The notes under the pieces: generated by a model
The model's input: the letters and a program-made list of their open reading frames with translations, nothing else
What the model was told of the DNA's origin: nothing
The model's database searches: none
Origin: Thermoanaerobaculia bacterium
GTDB lineage: Bacteria; Acidobacteriota; Thermoanaerobaculia; Multivoradales; Multivoraceae
Length of the DNA stretch: 64,000 nucleotides
Assembly (NCBI GenBank): GCA_963664405.1
Contig: OY761158.1
Location: 1,984,001-2,048,000 of the forward strand
Direction: 5' to 3'
Translations under genes and position numbers: made by a program
Shown: positions 1 to 8,825 of the stretch, in pieces
Numbering within the stretch: position 1 is the first letter of the stretch
Layout of the letters: every line of letters starts with the position of its first letter

Positions 1-270
1 TCAGACCATATCGGCGACATACCGCGGGTGGGGATGATCGCCGATCATGATGGCTTCGGCCTCACCTTCCGAGTGAATGGGAGCCCCGGCTTGAGCGGGG
101 CCCTGGGCTCGGTCGGCGAGTACAGCTGGGGTGGCGCGGCCGGCACCCGCTTCTGGATCGATCCGGCCGAAGAGATGGTGGGTCTCTTCATGGTACAGAT
201 CCTCCCGCATACGGGCATCACCCTCGGCACCGAGTTCAAGAATCTCGCCTACCAGGCGATCATCGACTAA
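1..270 (+). CDS. Serine hydrolase / beta-lactamase family protein, C-terminal part (5' truncated by window edge)
   Basis: Frame open from base 1; C-terminal motif GFGL...[28 protein letters not shown] typical of class C beta-lactamase-like hydrolases. Confidence 0.85.
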   Translation, partial: SDHIGDIPRVGMIADHDGFGLTFRVNGSPGLSGALGSVGEYSWGGAAGTRFWIDPAEEMVGLFMVQILPHTGITLGTEFKNLAYQAIID

Positions 271-289
271 CAGTGCACGGCTAATCGGC
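271..289 (-). repeat. REP-like 18-bp motif, copy left of the transposase
   Basis: Reverse complement GCCGATTAGCCGTGCACTG matches GCCGAATAGCCATGCACCG (1755) and GCCGAGTAGCCCTGCACCG (1651). Confidence 0.55.
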
Positions 290-475
290 ACCACAAGCCC
301 GAAATCGACCCGACTGGGGAACTTGCCCCCTCGGCAGCCGACTCTGCACTCCGCCGGGGATCTCAAGAGCGTCCATGAACCGCGACGACAGGCCTCCGTT
401 TGGGACGCCTGGACGGAGTCCTTCCGTAGCGCTTGCCGGACGCGATCAAGGTGTGGTCTGTCTGTAGTGTCTAAT

Positions 476-1468
476 CTAGCCGATCGCCACCGGTGGTGGA
501 AGATCCGCGTGTGTAGGAAGCAGAATGCCAGTGGGAACAAAAGCGTGCTCGGGAAACTCCGAGATGGCTTCGACTATCCCCAATCGAAGTCGCTGTGAGG
601 CCCTTCGATAGGCGTCCAGCCAACTCTGCCAGTTCTTCACATATTCGACCCACACCGCCATCGTCGCGGCGTGAGCCTTGGGGCGGTTGCCCTTCTTTGT
701 CTTTGCCGGCCGAAAGCAGAACTTGGATCGATCCATAATCCTCTTGCTATAGCCTTTGGCTACGGTAGCTCGAACCTCCGCGAACTCTTCTAGGAGCCCA
801 TCGCAAAGCCCACAAGACTGCTTGGTGATCTCTTCCCGGTCGAGATCATCCCAGCACGGAGGTGGGGAGAGGTCGAGACAGACCCGTTCTTCGAATCTCT
901 TCGGATTCGGCTTCTTGTGCCGGGTATGCTGCGCATCCCGACGTCGACGGTCATGAGCTCTCTCGACCTCATACAGCTCGGACCGGCGGACCCAGACACC
1001 CTCGAGCTTCATGTCCCCGGTCATCAGCGCTCGAGCCGAATGGACGCCTGGCCACTTCGCCGGGTGAGGGACGGCACCTTCCTTGAGGCCCTGGGACATC
1101 AGATAGCGAAGCCTGGCGATCTGGGCCTCTGACTCATGGCTCACGATCGTGATGTCGCAGTGGCTCTCGAAGATCCCGCCCGTCCAACCGCAGAGCCTCT
1201 GGACCTCCTTGGCGATTTGTGAATTGGCCAGACAGAAGAAGTTACTGACTTGCTTCGCGGAGTCCGCGCGAATCAGAAAGTGCGCATGATTGCTCATAAA
1301 GACGACGTAGCAGATCCTCATGCCGTACTTCTTCTGCGCGTACGCGAGAACGCCAATGATGAGCTCGTTGAGCCGCTTGGACGGAATGAAGAAGTACCTC
1401 CCCTGAAAGGTCTTGATCGTCACTTCGTACAGATTCCCCGGAAGAACGCAGCGTGGATGTCTTGGCAT
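476..1468 (-). mobile_element. HUH Y1 transposase (IS200/RAYT-like, long C-terminal extension)
   Basis: Likely start MPRHPR; HUH motif FMSNHAHFLI; downstream RLRYLMSQGLKEGAV..W.GVHS matches the Y1_Tnp catalytic Tyr region; visibly more AT-rich than the flanks. Confidence 0.85.
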
Positions 1469-1604
1469 ACTCTTACAAGACGCAAAACTCCCAGCTACCT
1501 TGCAGACTTGCCGATTTTCCCTGCACCATTGCTGCACCATTGCTCGGCATAGTGACCCCCGCCTGGCTCCTGCACCCCCAACCGCGACAGCTCGACGCCG
1601 CAGT

Positions 1605-1781
1605 CCCGAACAGCCATGCACCGACTCAACTTCACCGACTCAACTTGCCTGCCGAGTAGCCCTGCACCGAGAAGGAGAAGGAGAGAAGAAGGAGATCCGG
1701 GAAGGGAGCTCGGTGCAACCTCGGATGTGCCGAGTGGCTTAGCGGCGCCGCCGCGCCGAATAGCCATGCACCGAATCAACT
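1605..1781 (+). repeat. Cluster of REP-like repeats upstream of the transposase
   Basis: CCGAACAGCCATGCACCGACTCAACT (1606-1631), GCCGAGTAGCCCTGCACCGAG (1651-1671) and CCGAATAGCCATGCACCGAATCAACT (1756-1781); tandem CACCGACTCAACTT x2 (1619-1646); inverted CTCGGTGCA at 1709-1717. Confidence 0.7.
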
Positions 1782-1793
1782 CCTCTCCGAGAG

Positions 1794-2294
1794 CTACGCG
1801 GTGGGCGCTGCTTCCAGGGCCTCGGCGAGGAGCTCGAGCGCGTGCTCCGTGAAGCACCACATATTGGCCTCACGACTTGTATCGCCAGTCTCAATCCTCA
1901 CAGTCCGTGAGACGGGGCCGTCGATGGCAATCACGCTCAACCCCGGCGGATCTCCGTAGGGCGACCCCGTCGGCCCCGCGATTCCCAGCTCGCTGACTCC
2001 CCAAGTTGCGTGGAGTAAGGTGCGCACCCGCCGTGCGAAGTGCGCGGCAAGCTTCTCCCGATCTCCCATCAACTCGCGGAGCTCGTCACGATCTGTCTGG
2101 AGCAGCTGATACCTCGACCGGGCCGTATAGATGACGGTTCCACCCTTGAAGTAAGCCGACGCTCCGGGGACCGCGAGCAGCGTCGCTGCGATCAGTCCAC
2201 CGGTCGACGACTCCGCAACGGCAACGCTCTGTCCGACGGACTTCAGCCTCTGTCCGAGGTCGGAACCCATCGCGAGTGAGCAACCATCAGACAT
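1794..2294 (-). CDS. CinA-family protein (PncC-like NMN deamidase domain)
   Basis: VAVAESSTGGLIAA...VPGASAYFKGG...GIAGPTG motifs; start uncertain (2270, 2294 or 2309). Confidence 0.9.
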   Translation of the reverse strand: MSDGCSLAMGSDLGQRLKSVGQSVAVAESSTGGLIAATLLAVPGASAYFKGGTVIYTARSRYQLLQTDRDELRELMGDREKLAAHFARRVRTLLHATWGVSELGIAGPTGSPYGDPPGLSVIAIDGPVSRTVRIETGDTSREANMWCFTEHALELLAEALEAAPTA

Positions 2295-2338
2295 ATCCAT
2301 ATCGTACATAGTTCAGGGCCTGCATGCCTCGCGCTGGA

Positions 2339-2390
2339 TTGACAGCGTCGGGTTCACCTGCTAAATTTTCAGCATGCTAAATTTTCAGCA
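2339..2390 (+). promoter_or_regulatory. sigma70 promoter of blaI overlapped by two tandem palindromic operators
   Basis: TTGACA 2339-2344, 17 bp, TAAATT 2362-2367; TGCTAAATTTTCAGCA repeated exactly at 2359-2374 and 2375-2390, each an imperfect palindrome. Confidence 0.75.
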
Positions 2391-2401
2391 GGGGAGTCGC
2401 C

Positions 2402-2794
2402 ATGTCTGACCGGCGCGTGAGCGGCCTCAGCCGCCGTGAGCGCGAGATCATGGATATCGTTTTCCGACGCGGGCGGGCCGGCGTGCTCGAGGTGTTGGAA
2501 GACATGTCATCGCCACCGAGCTATTCAGCGGTCAGAGCCACGCTCCGGATCCTCGAAGACAAAGGTCACCTGAAGCACGAGCAGCAGGGTCAGCGCTATG
2601 TGTTCCTGAGCACAGTGCCGGTCGAGCGGGCGCGGGAGTCAGCTCTCGACCGCTTGGTGACCACCTACTTCGGAGGGTCACCCGAGCACGCGATCGTCGC
2701 ACTGCTCGATGTTTCGAAGGATGAACTAGACCCGGAGCGGCTCGCTCGAATCGAGCGGCGCATCGCGGACGCGAGAAAAGGAGAGCAGCAATGA
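2402..2794 (+). CDS. BlaI/MecI/CopY family transcriptional repressor
   Basis: LSRREREIMDIV...SYSAVRATLRILEDKGHL...YFGGS winged-helix signature; overlaps the downstream M56 gene. Confidence 0.95.
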   Translation: MSDRRVSGLSRREREIMDIVFRRGRAGVLEVLEDMSSPPSYSAVRATLRILEDKGHLKHEQQGQRYVFLSTVPVERARESALDRLVTTYFGGSPEHAIVALLDVSKDELDPERLARIERRIADARKGEQQ

Positions 2795-4404
2795 TGTGGG
2801 ATTCATCGATCGGCCTCGAGCTCGTTCTAAAGGTTCTTCTGCTTCCCGTCGCGACGTGCGCAATCGCACTACTCTCCCGTCGCCGCTCGGCTTCGGTCCA
2901 GCACTTGGCCCTGGCGGGAGGGCTGACGAGCCTGGTCGCGCTACCCCTTCTTGCGATGGTGATGCCAAACTGGGCTGTCAGCACGATCCCCGGCGCCCCC
3001 GACACCCTGGCGCGCTGGTCGAGCATCGACACCGCCATTGAGGGGCTGTCCGCAACGAGTCAAGGCGGCGCGACCCTCGGCTCGGGTGGGCTCGTCGGAT
3101 CTGTCGAAGTCGCTTGGATCGTCTGGTTCCTCGGGACCTTGGTCGTATCTCTGCGGTGGCTCGCCTCACATCTGCGCGGCCGACGCATTCTGCGAGAGAC
3201 CGATGTCGAGCAGTCACCGCAATTGCTCTTCGCGCTCCGCAAGATCTCGCGTCGGCTCGGTCTCCGTCGAGCTGTCGTCCTACTTCGCGGCGGCCCACAG
3301 CAGATGTCCTTCACCGTCGGTTCCGTCAGGCCGCGAATCGTCCTGCCCTCGAGCGCACAGGAGTGGCCGATCGAGCGCCTCGAGATGGTGCTCGCCCATG
3401 AGCTCTCACACGTCCTCAGACTCGACTCCCTCTCTCAGAATGTGGCGGCTATCGCGTCGGCGCTCTACTGGTTCCATCCATTAGTGTGGTGGATGGCGCA
3501 TCGCATGCGCGCGGTCGCGGAATGTGCAGCGGATGACGCCGTCCTCGCCGGCGGAGCCTCGCCACCCGACTATGCTGAGGAGCTCGTTCTGCTGGCGAGA
3601 AAGTATCGCGCAACTGCCCCGGGGAGCCCTGCCGTGCTAGGTGGCCCCTTCGAGAAGAGGATTGAGGCGCTTCTGGCTGAGAATCGTCATCGGGTCTCGC
3701 TCGGTTGCCAGAAGTCAGCTCTGGCCCTCGGCGCAGCACTCATGGCGACAATGGCGGTGTCGGCCTGCTCGAGCACAGAGGCGTCGCCAGCCGCCGAGAG
3801 TCGCGAGACCGCGCAAACAGAAACGACATTCGAATCGCAGGCAGCCACTACGTCTGGACGCCAGATCCTCTTCGACACGGTGATCGTCGAGACCCGAGAC
3901 GAGCTCGTCAACTGGGAAGCACTCGGAAGTGCGGCGCGAGGAGAGAATCTGAGCCTCCTCTCCATCGGCAACGACTTGCAGAGCCTGGAAGCTCGCCTAC
4001 GCCAGGGCGAGAACGAGGGCAGGCTCACGATTCTCTCCTCTCCCAAGATGCTGACGGTCGACGGAGAGCGCGCCTCAGCTCAGAGCGGTCTCCAGGTCCC
4101 GGTGCAGACGAAATCGGAAGGGAGGATCTCGACCCAGTTCGTCAACGCCACTCTGCGGCTCGACATGACGCCTAGGATCGTCGAGGACGACATCGTCGAG
4201 GTCCACCTGTCGCTACAGAAGCGAATCCCGCGGCTGGAGCTGGCCGAAGGCGGCGCTAATGCGCCGATCGCCACCACCGAGGCGAGCTCGGCCTTCCGAG
4301 TCCGACTCGGAGGTACCGTCGCCATCGCCGGTATGCGCGCCTCCGGGCAGGAAGGAAGTCCGGATCTGATCGCCTTTGTAACCGTTCGGGAGATTCGTCT
4401 CTAG
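2791..4404 (+). CDS. M56 (BlaR1-like) metallopeptidase fused to a secretin-like C-terminal domain
   Basis: TM segments, LAHELSHVLRLD (HExxH) and ECAADDAVL; C-terminus ILSSPKMLTVDGERASAQSGLQVPV...LRLDMTPRI resembles the PilQ/GspD secretin domain. Confidence 0.85.
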   Translation: MMWDSSIGLELVLKVLLLPVATCAIALLSRRRSASVQHLALAGGLTSLVALPLLAMVMPNWAVSTIPGAPDTLARWSSIDTAIEGLSATSQGGATLGSGGLVGSVEVAWIVWFLGTLVVSLRWLASHLRGRRILRETDVEQSPQLLFALRKISRRLGLRRAVVLLRGGPQQMSFTVGSVRPRIVLPSSAQEWPIERLEMVLAHELSHVLRLDSLSQNVAAIASALYWFHPLVWWMAHRMRAVAECAADDAVLAGGASPPDYAEELVLLARKYRATAPGSPAVLGGPFEKRIEALLAENRHRVSLGCQKSALALGAALMATMAVSACSSTEASPAAESRETAQTETTFESQAATTSGRQILFDTVIVETRDELVNWEALGSAARGENLSLLSIGNDLQSLEARLRQGENEGRLTILSSPKMLTVDGERASAQSGLQVPVQTKSEGRISTQFVNATLRLDMTPRIVEDDIVEVHLSLQKRIPRLELAEGGANAPIATTEASSAFRVRLGGTVAIAGMRASGQEGSPDLIAFVTVREIRL

Positions 4405-4429
4405 CTATAGCTAGGCTAGCTATAGCTAG
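4401..4429. repeat. Tandem perfect palindrome CTAGCTATAGCTAG x2
   Basis: 4401-4414 and 4416-4429, one G apart, between convergent genes; the first CTAG contains the M56 stop codon. Confidence 0.85.
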
Positions 4430-4446
4430 GGTCGTGTCTCACAAAC

Positions 4447-6396
4447 CTACATCGGGGGCACGAACCAGATCGGCGAGGTGAAGGCCCGCTCCTGAATCGT
4501 CGTCTGCAGGTCCGGCCGAGGCTCGACGCCGGCCCGGATCGCGTCCCAGGTCGACCAACGGCAGACCGGATTCTCGAGCACACGCACGTAGTAGAAGGCG
4601 CGCTGCGTTGGGTCGAACTCCGGGTCGGTCCAGAGCGTTTCGAGCTCTGAAGCGCCGAGGTCCGACGAGATGCTGCAGTCGCTGAGATCGACCGCCGCAC
4701 CGTTGTCGGGGCAGCGGTGAGTCTGCGCATCGGGCTCCAGGCCGTCTGAACAGGCGACGTCGAAGATGCGGTCGTGGGCCGCACCCTCCTCGACCCACCC
4801 CTTGATGACCTGCACCCGCTGCAGCGGCGCCGAGTCCGCGTCGCGAGCGGCCCAGACCAGGAAGCGCGGCGCCCGCTCACCGTCGGCGGCGAGATCGGCC
4901 CCCATCGGGACGCCGCCTTCGTAGGCCTTTGCGACCATGTCGCGATCGGAGGCGAGACCGTCGGGGTAGTCGTAACCGGCGAAGAAGCGCACCCGCATTC
5001 GCGGCCCGGTGGTCGCGAAGGTCTCCTTGCGCCGCATCGCGTCGTAGATCGACTCGCGAGTGTTCTCCTCGGCCCAGACGACAGCGAGACCGGAGGCGCC
5101 GAAGAAGCGAAGTGCCGAGTCCGTGTACACGTTGCCCTGCGCGTCGGGCTCGTCGAGAGGCACCGAGCCGCGCCGCTGCGGCGTGCCGTCGTTGATGCCG
5201 ACCTTGGAGTGAAAATTGTCCTCCTCGGGCGTCGGTCCGGCATTGTGAGTGTCGCTCGAGCCGATGAGGCCGAAGTGAAACGGATTGAAGCCCTGTTCCT
5301 CCTCGAGCAGGAGGCCGTTCATATAAGCCTCGCGAACATAGCCGTGCTTGGGCTCACTATAGAGATCGGTGCCGATGCGGTTGGGGTAGATCTCGAAGTC
5401 GGCCCACTCGTCGTTCGGAAAAAGGAGAGGATGGACCTCGGATGTGCCCTTGACCTGAGTCACTTCCACAATGGGCTCATTTCGCATCCGCAACTCGGCG
5501 TAGGCCGCGTCGAAGGGCTCTTCGCCAACCGTCTCGAGCTGGAACATGTGCCCATTCGAGCCGTTCGAGTTGTGGGGGATTGCGAGACCCTCGATACCCT
5601 GTTCGCGAAGGCCGTCGAGCCAACGCCAGAGGTCCTCTGGGTTTCTCGAGTCGGTCGATGCAAAGGGAGCCTCCGGAACCGCGCTCGAGCGAAAGATGAC
5701 GTTGCGGTGGAGGTTCCCCCGGTCCGCTGCCGAGGTCGTGTACTCGTAGCCGATCAGGGTCGTGAAGCGGCCGGGGTCGTTGTGCTGCTCTGCAGCCTCG
5801 ATGATGTCGCGCCAGGCCGCGAGCTTGGCGGAATGGATGGCGTCGGCACCCAACGCCGCGATCTCACCGCTTCTGAGTGCCTCTATCGAACGAGTGTAGC
5901 CGCCCGTATCCAGGTCTCGTAGCTCTTTGGCGAGGGGCGTTTCGCTGAGCGGGTTCTCGGGATCGTCCAAGGCGGGGAAGGTACCGAGGTAGAGACCATG
6001 GTCGGTGACCCCCATGAAGTCGAGAGGCCCGCTCTGGAGCTGAAGCGTGTGGCCACTGGGGTGGGCGACCGCTTCACCCTTGGCGTAGCGATAAGCGTCG
6101 TCGGGAGAGGCGCGGACTTTGAACATATAGGCGTCGAAAGAGTGGCGGGTGTGGACGTGAAGATCGCCGAAGTAAGCGTTGCGCAGAGAATTCGGCCCCG
6201 ATCCCTCTGAGAGGGCAGACGGGGACGAGCTCGCACCTTCCGGCTGGCGAACTTCCGTGCTCAGAGGAACAGGCGAGGGTCAAGGCAAAGATCGCCGCAG
6301 CAACACCAGGTGCAGGGGTATTCGGCGGCAGAAGTGCTCCGCCAGGTGCAGGGGTATTCGGCAGAAGAGAAGTGCCCCGGTCTTCCGATGCTTCAT
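4447..6396 (-). CDS. DUF3604 protein (PHP-like metallohydrolase motifs), 5' end disrupted
   Basis: Frame extends upstream of 6126 to NAYFGDLHVHT; TDH, GYEY, HRN, PHN, SDTH and ERAFTSPIW motifs. ATG 6396 with RBS meets an in-frame TGA (6280-6282), and the lipobox LTLAC lies in another frame. Confidence 0.8.
6306..6362 (-). repeat. Two direct copies of the transposase-associated REP-like motif
   Basis: CCAGGTGCAGGGGTATTCGGC at 6306-6326 and 6342-6362; reverse complement GCCGAATACCCCTGCACC is 16/18 identical to the 1755 and 1651 copies. Confidence 0.7.
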
Positions 6397-6401
6397 CGAC
6401 G

Positions 6402-7463
6402 TCACTCCCTCTCAAATACTTCCGCGACCGCGATGCCGCTTTCACCGGCAACGGCATAAAAGAGATAGACACGCCCCTCGTCCTCCAGAATCGCCGGGTC
6501 GCGAAGCTGATTCACATGCCCGTAGGCGGTGCTCCGCATCGACGGCTCGACCGGAGCGTCGGCGCCCTCCCAGTCGTATTCCGGCCTCAAGACCTCGACG
6601 TACTCGGTCTCCTTCCAATCGAGCCAGTCGCCGGAAAGGTCGATGCTGCTCAAACGAATGACCTCCGGGGCGGTACCGGCCTCGGTCCAGAACACCCACA
6701 ACCTATGGCCGCGCTTCAACAGCGCCGAGTGGCGCATGTTTGGGTTGAAGAGCATCGCGCCCTCTTCGAAATCGGTGAAGCCGTCTTTCGACCGGTAGAG
6801 CTGGCCTGGCATGGCCAAGGCATAGGTCATCTCGTCGTGATGAAAAATTCGCATGTAGGTGCGGCCAAGCACCTGCGGCTGCGCCGTGAAATCAATCCCG
6901 TTCTTCGAAGTGGCGACTCGAGATTTTTGAATCCCGACGCCGTCCAAGCCATGGAGATACATCACGATCTGGCGCCGGGCGAAGTCGACGTGAACGTCGG
7001 GCGAGGCTATGTGCGGCGTGGAGATCTCTTTGAGCATGTCGTGAGAGGCCTTCACACCCTTTCCGCTACTCGCGGCCTCCCTCTCGGCCACCATTTCCGG
7101 GGTGATCTCCGGTGGCTCGGTCAAGAAGCCCGAGTCTTCGATCTGCAAACTCCCCGGCGGGTGAATCGACCACGGGCCTGTAACTTTGTCTGCATAAGCC
7201 AATCTGATGTAGCGCCCTTTGTGATCGGCAAAGTAGAGGTAGTAGTTACCGAGTCGTCCCTCGATCCAGTCGGGAACTCGGATCACTGACGGGCCTTGAA
7301 TGTTCTGACCGATCGAAGGGTGAAGATCGGGCCCGACGATCGGTCGATCCAACAGCCGCTTGATGCGCACAGGTGACTCCCCAGCGGAAACAGTGGAGGT
7401 GATGCCGATCAGCACGATCGACGCGGCCAAGACAACCACAAGACCCTTCTTTCTCTCTCTCAT
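6402..7463 (-). CDS. Secreted hypothetical protein, probable glycoside-hydrolase-like beta-propeller
   Basis: Signal peptide MRERKKGLVVVLAA; motifs YYLYFADHKG, HIASPDVH and NQLRDPAI; paralog at 27890-28873. Confidence 0.7.
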   Translation of the reverse strand: MRERKKGLVVVLAASIVLIGITSTVSAGESPVRIKRLLDRPIVGPDLHPSIGQNIQGPSVIRVPDWIEGRLGNYYLYFADHKGRYIRLAYADKVTGPWSIHPPGSLQIEDSGFLTEPPEITPEMVAEREAASSGKGVKASHDMLKEISTPHIASPDVHVDFARRQIVMYLHGLDGVGIQKSRVATSKNGIDFTAQPQVLGRTYMRIFHHDEMTYALAMPGQLYRSKDGFTDFEEGAMLFNPNMRHSALLKRGHRLWVFWTEAGTAPEVIRLSSIDLSGDWLDWKETEYVEVLRPEYDWEGADAPVEPSMRSTAYGHVNQLRDPAILEDEGRVYLFYAVAGESGIAVAEVFERE

Positions 7464-7484
7464 CGGCCTAGGGTAGCAGCTCAT

Positions 7485-7648
7485 CTAGACCAGCGTTTCC
7501 AAAGTTCGTGTACATAGCTCGAGGTCATTCTGTTTGCTGGCAAGGCGCACCGACGCAGGCATATTGGGAATATGTCGAGGAGACGGAACGCCGCCAGCGA
7601 GCAGAAGGGGCCGAGATCTGTGCGCGAACTTTGGAAACGCTGGTCTAG
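7485..7648 (-). mobile_element. Palindromic MITE-like element, family A, copy 1
   Basis: TIR CTAGACCAGCGTTTCCAAAGTTCG / CGAACTTTGGAAACGCTGGTCTAG; 164 bp; opposite orientation to copies 2 and 3. Confidence 0.92.
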
Positions 7649-7699
7649 TCCATACACCGAGACAGCTTGTCGCGCAGGAACCTGGGCCAGGTCTCCTCC

Positions 7700-8809
7700 T
7701 CATGCCGCGGAACCGTCGCCCGCGTCCAGTTCCTGGTAGCGCGCAATGCCGACCCGCTTGCCGATGCGCTCGCGCGCTTCGGCGGTCGACTCGTCGAGAG
7801 GGATACCACTGGCGTCGGCAACGCGGACATTGCAGCTGAAGATCGCAACGATGCCGGCTGCATCAACAAGCGCCTCGGAACCAAGGGCCACCGACAGCTG
7901 GTCACGGACTGCGTCGAGCTCTTGGTCCGATCCAACCACGACAGCATCCGCAAAGCGCGCCAGTAGCCGCCCCTGAGGAACCCCGCCGTCGCCCTCGCCT
8001 TCGCCGGTCACCAGATCCAGGTCGGTCTTCGTCTCGCTCTCGTAGCCGCTCGCACGGAGCAGCGCGCTATGCGCTGTGGTTCAGTAAAAGCAGTCGTTGA
8101 GGTACGAGACTCGCGCGGCAAGCAGCTCGATCTGGGTGCGCGTCAACTGTCGACCCGAGTCGACATCCGGGCGCGCCACGATGTCGAAGGGGAGGTAGTA
8201 GGCCTGCTCGATGCGATCGAGGTTGTGCACCTCGTCCGGCACCAGACTCAAGGCCTGGCGCACATAGGGGACGTGGCTGTGGCCCCCATAAACCTCGCGC
8301 AAGCCGTCCTCGGGAGAAACCAGGGGCACCCAGGCGACATCGCGCCGCGCGTCGGCTGGCCGACGGCGGCTGGGCTCACCGGGCGACGGCGACGGGAGTT
8401 CTGCTACCGGCAGGTCGAGCGCGCGATGGAAGGTGTCGGTCGAGACCGTGGTGATGACCACGCCGATCAGCTCCACATAGCGCTCGTCTTCCAGACCTTC
8501 GGCGCGCAGCGAGTCGAGCCAGCTCTCGGTCAGCCGGCCCGGATCGGTGACGATACGGTGCACCGCGTCGACGTAGACTTCGGCGAGGGGGCCTGAGCCC
8601 GAGTGACGCCCAGGAACGCCGTAGGGAGAGAGAGCGGCCTTTCTCTTCCGGCACAGCTCACAGGAGTGGGCCTTTCGGCATTCCGACGCGATCGCGAGGC
8701 GCTCTTGCGCGGTCCACCAGGTGCCGGCGGTACCAAGCCGTTCCCAGGCCTCATTCTGCGCTTGGAGAAGGTCCGGACGGATCGGTATCTGGTCGCCCTG
8801 GTAGTTCAA
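7700..8809 (-). CDS. AhpD/CMD-like alkylhydroperoxidase-family selenoprotein (CxxU; Sec at 8081-8083)
   Basis: ORFs 8081..8890 and 7700..8011 are in the same frame separated by one TGA: IELLAARVSYLNDCFY*TTAHSALLRASG mirrors the AhpD E..A..VS..N.CxxC...H motif; likely TTG start 8809 after GGAG. Confidence 0.85.
8045..8063 (-). promoter_or_regulatory. Putative bacterial SECIS hairpin
   Basis: GCUGCUC-CGUGC-GAGCGGC, 7-bp stem starting 18 nt after the UGA. Confidence 0.7.
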
Positions 8810-8825
8810 ACGTCCCGCGACTCCT

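Noticed and set aside
476-1468. Y1 transposase as the mobiliser of the CTAG MITEs
   Set aside because: Its flanks carry a different repeat and no MITE ends; HUH Y1 enzymes do not usually create target duplications; no evidence of a link
1605-1781. Short repeats as a CRISPR array
   Set aside because: Irregular spacing, degenerate copies, no cas genes; better explained as transposase-associated repeats
6280-6282. In-frame TGA in the DUF3604 5' region as a third selenocysteine
   Set aside because: No redox motif, no hairpin at +18, and it falls in the signal region where the lipobox is in another frame
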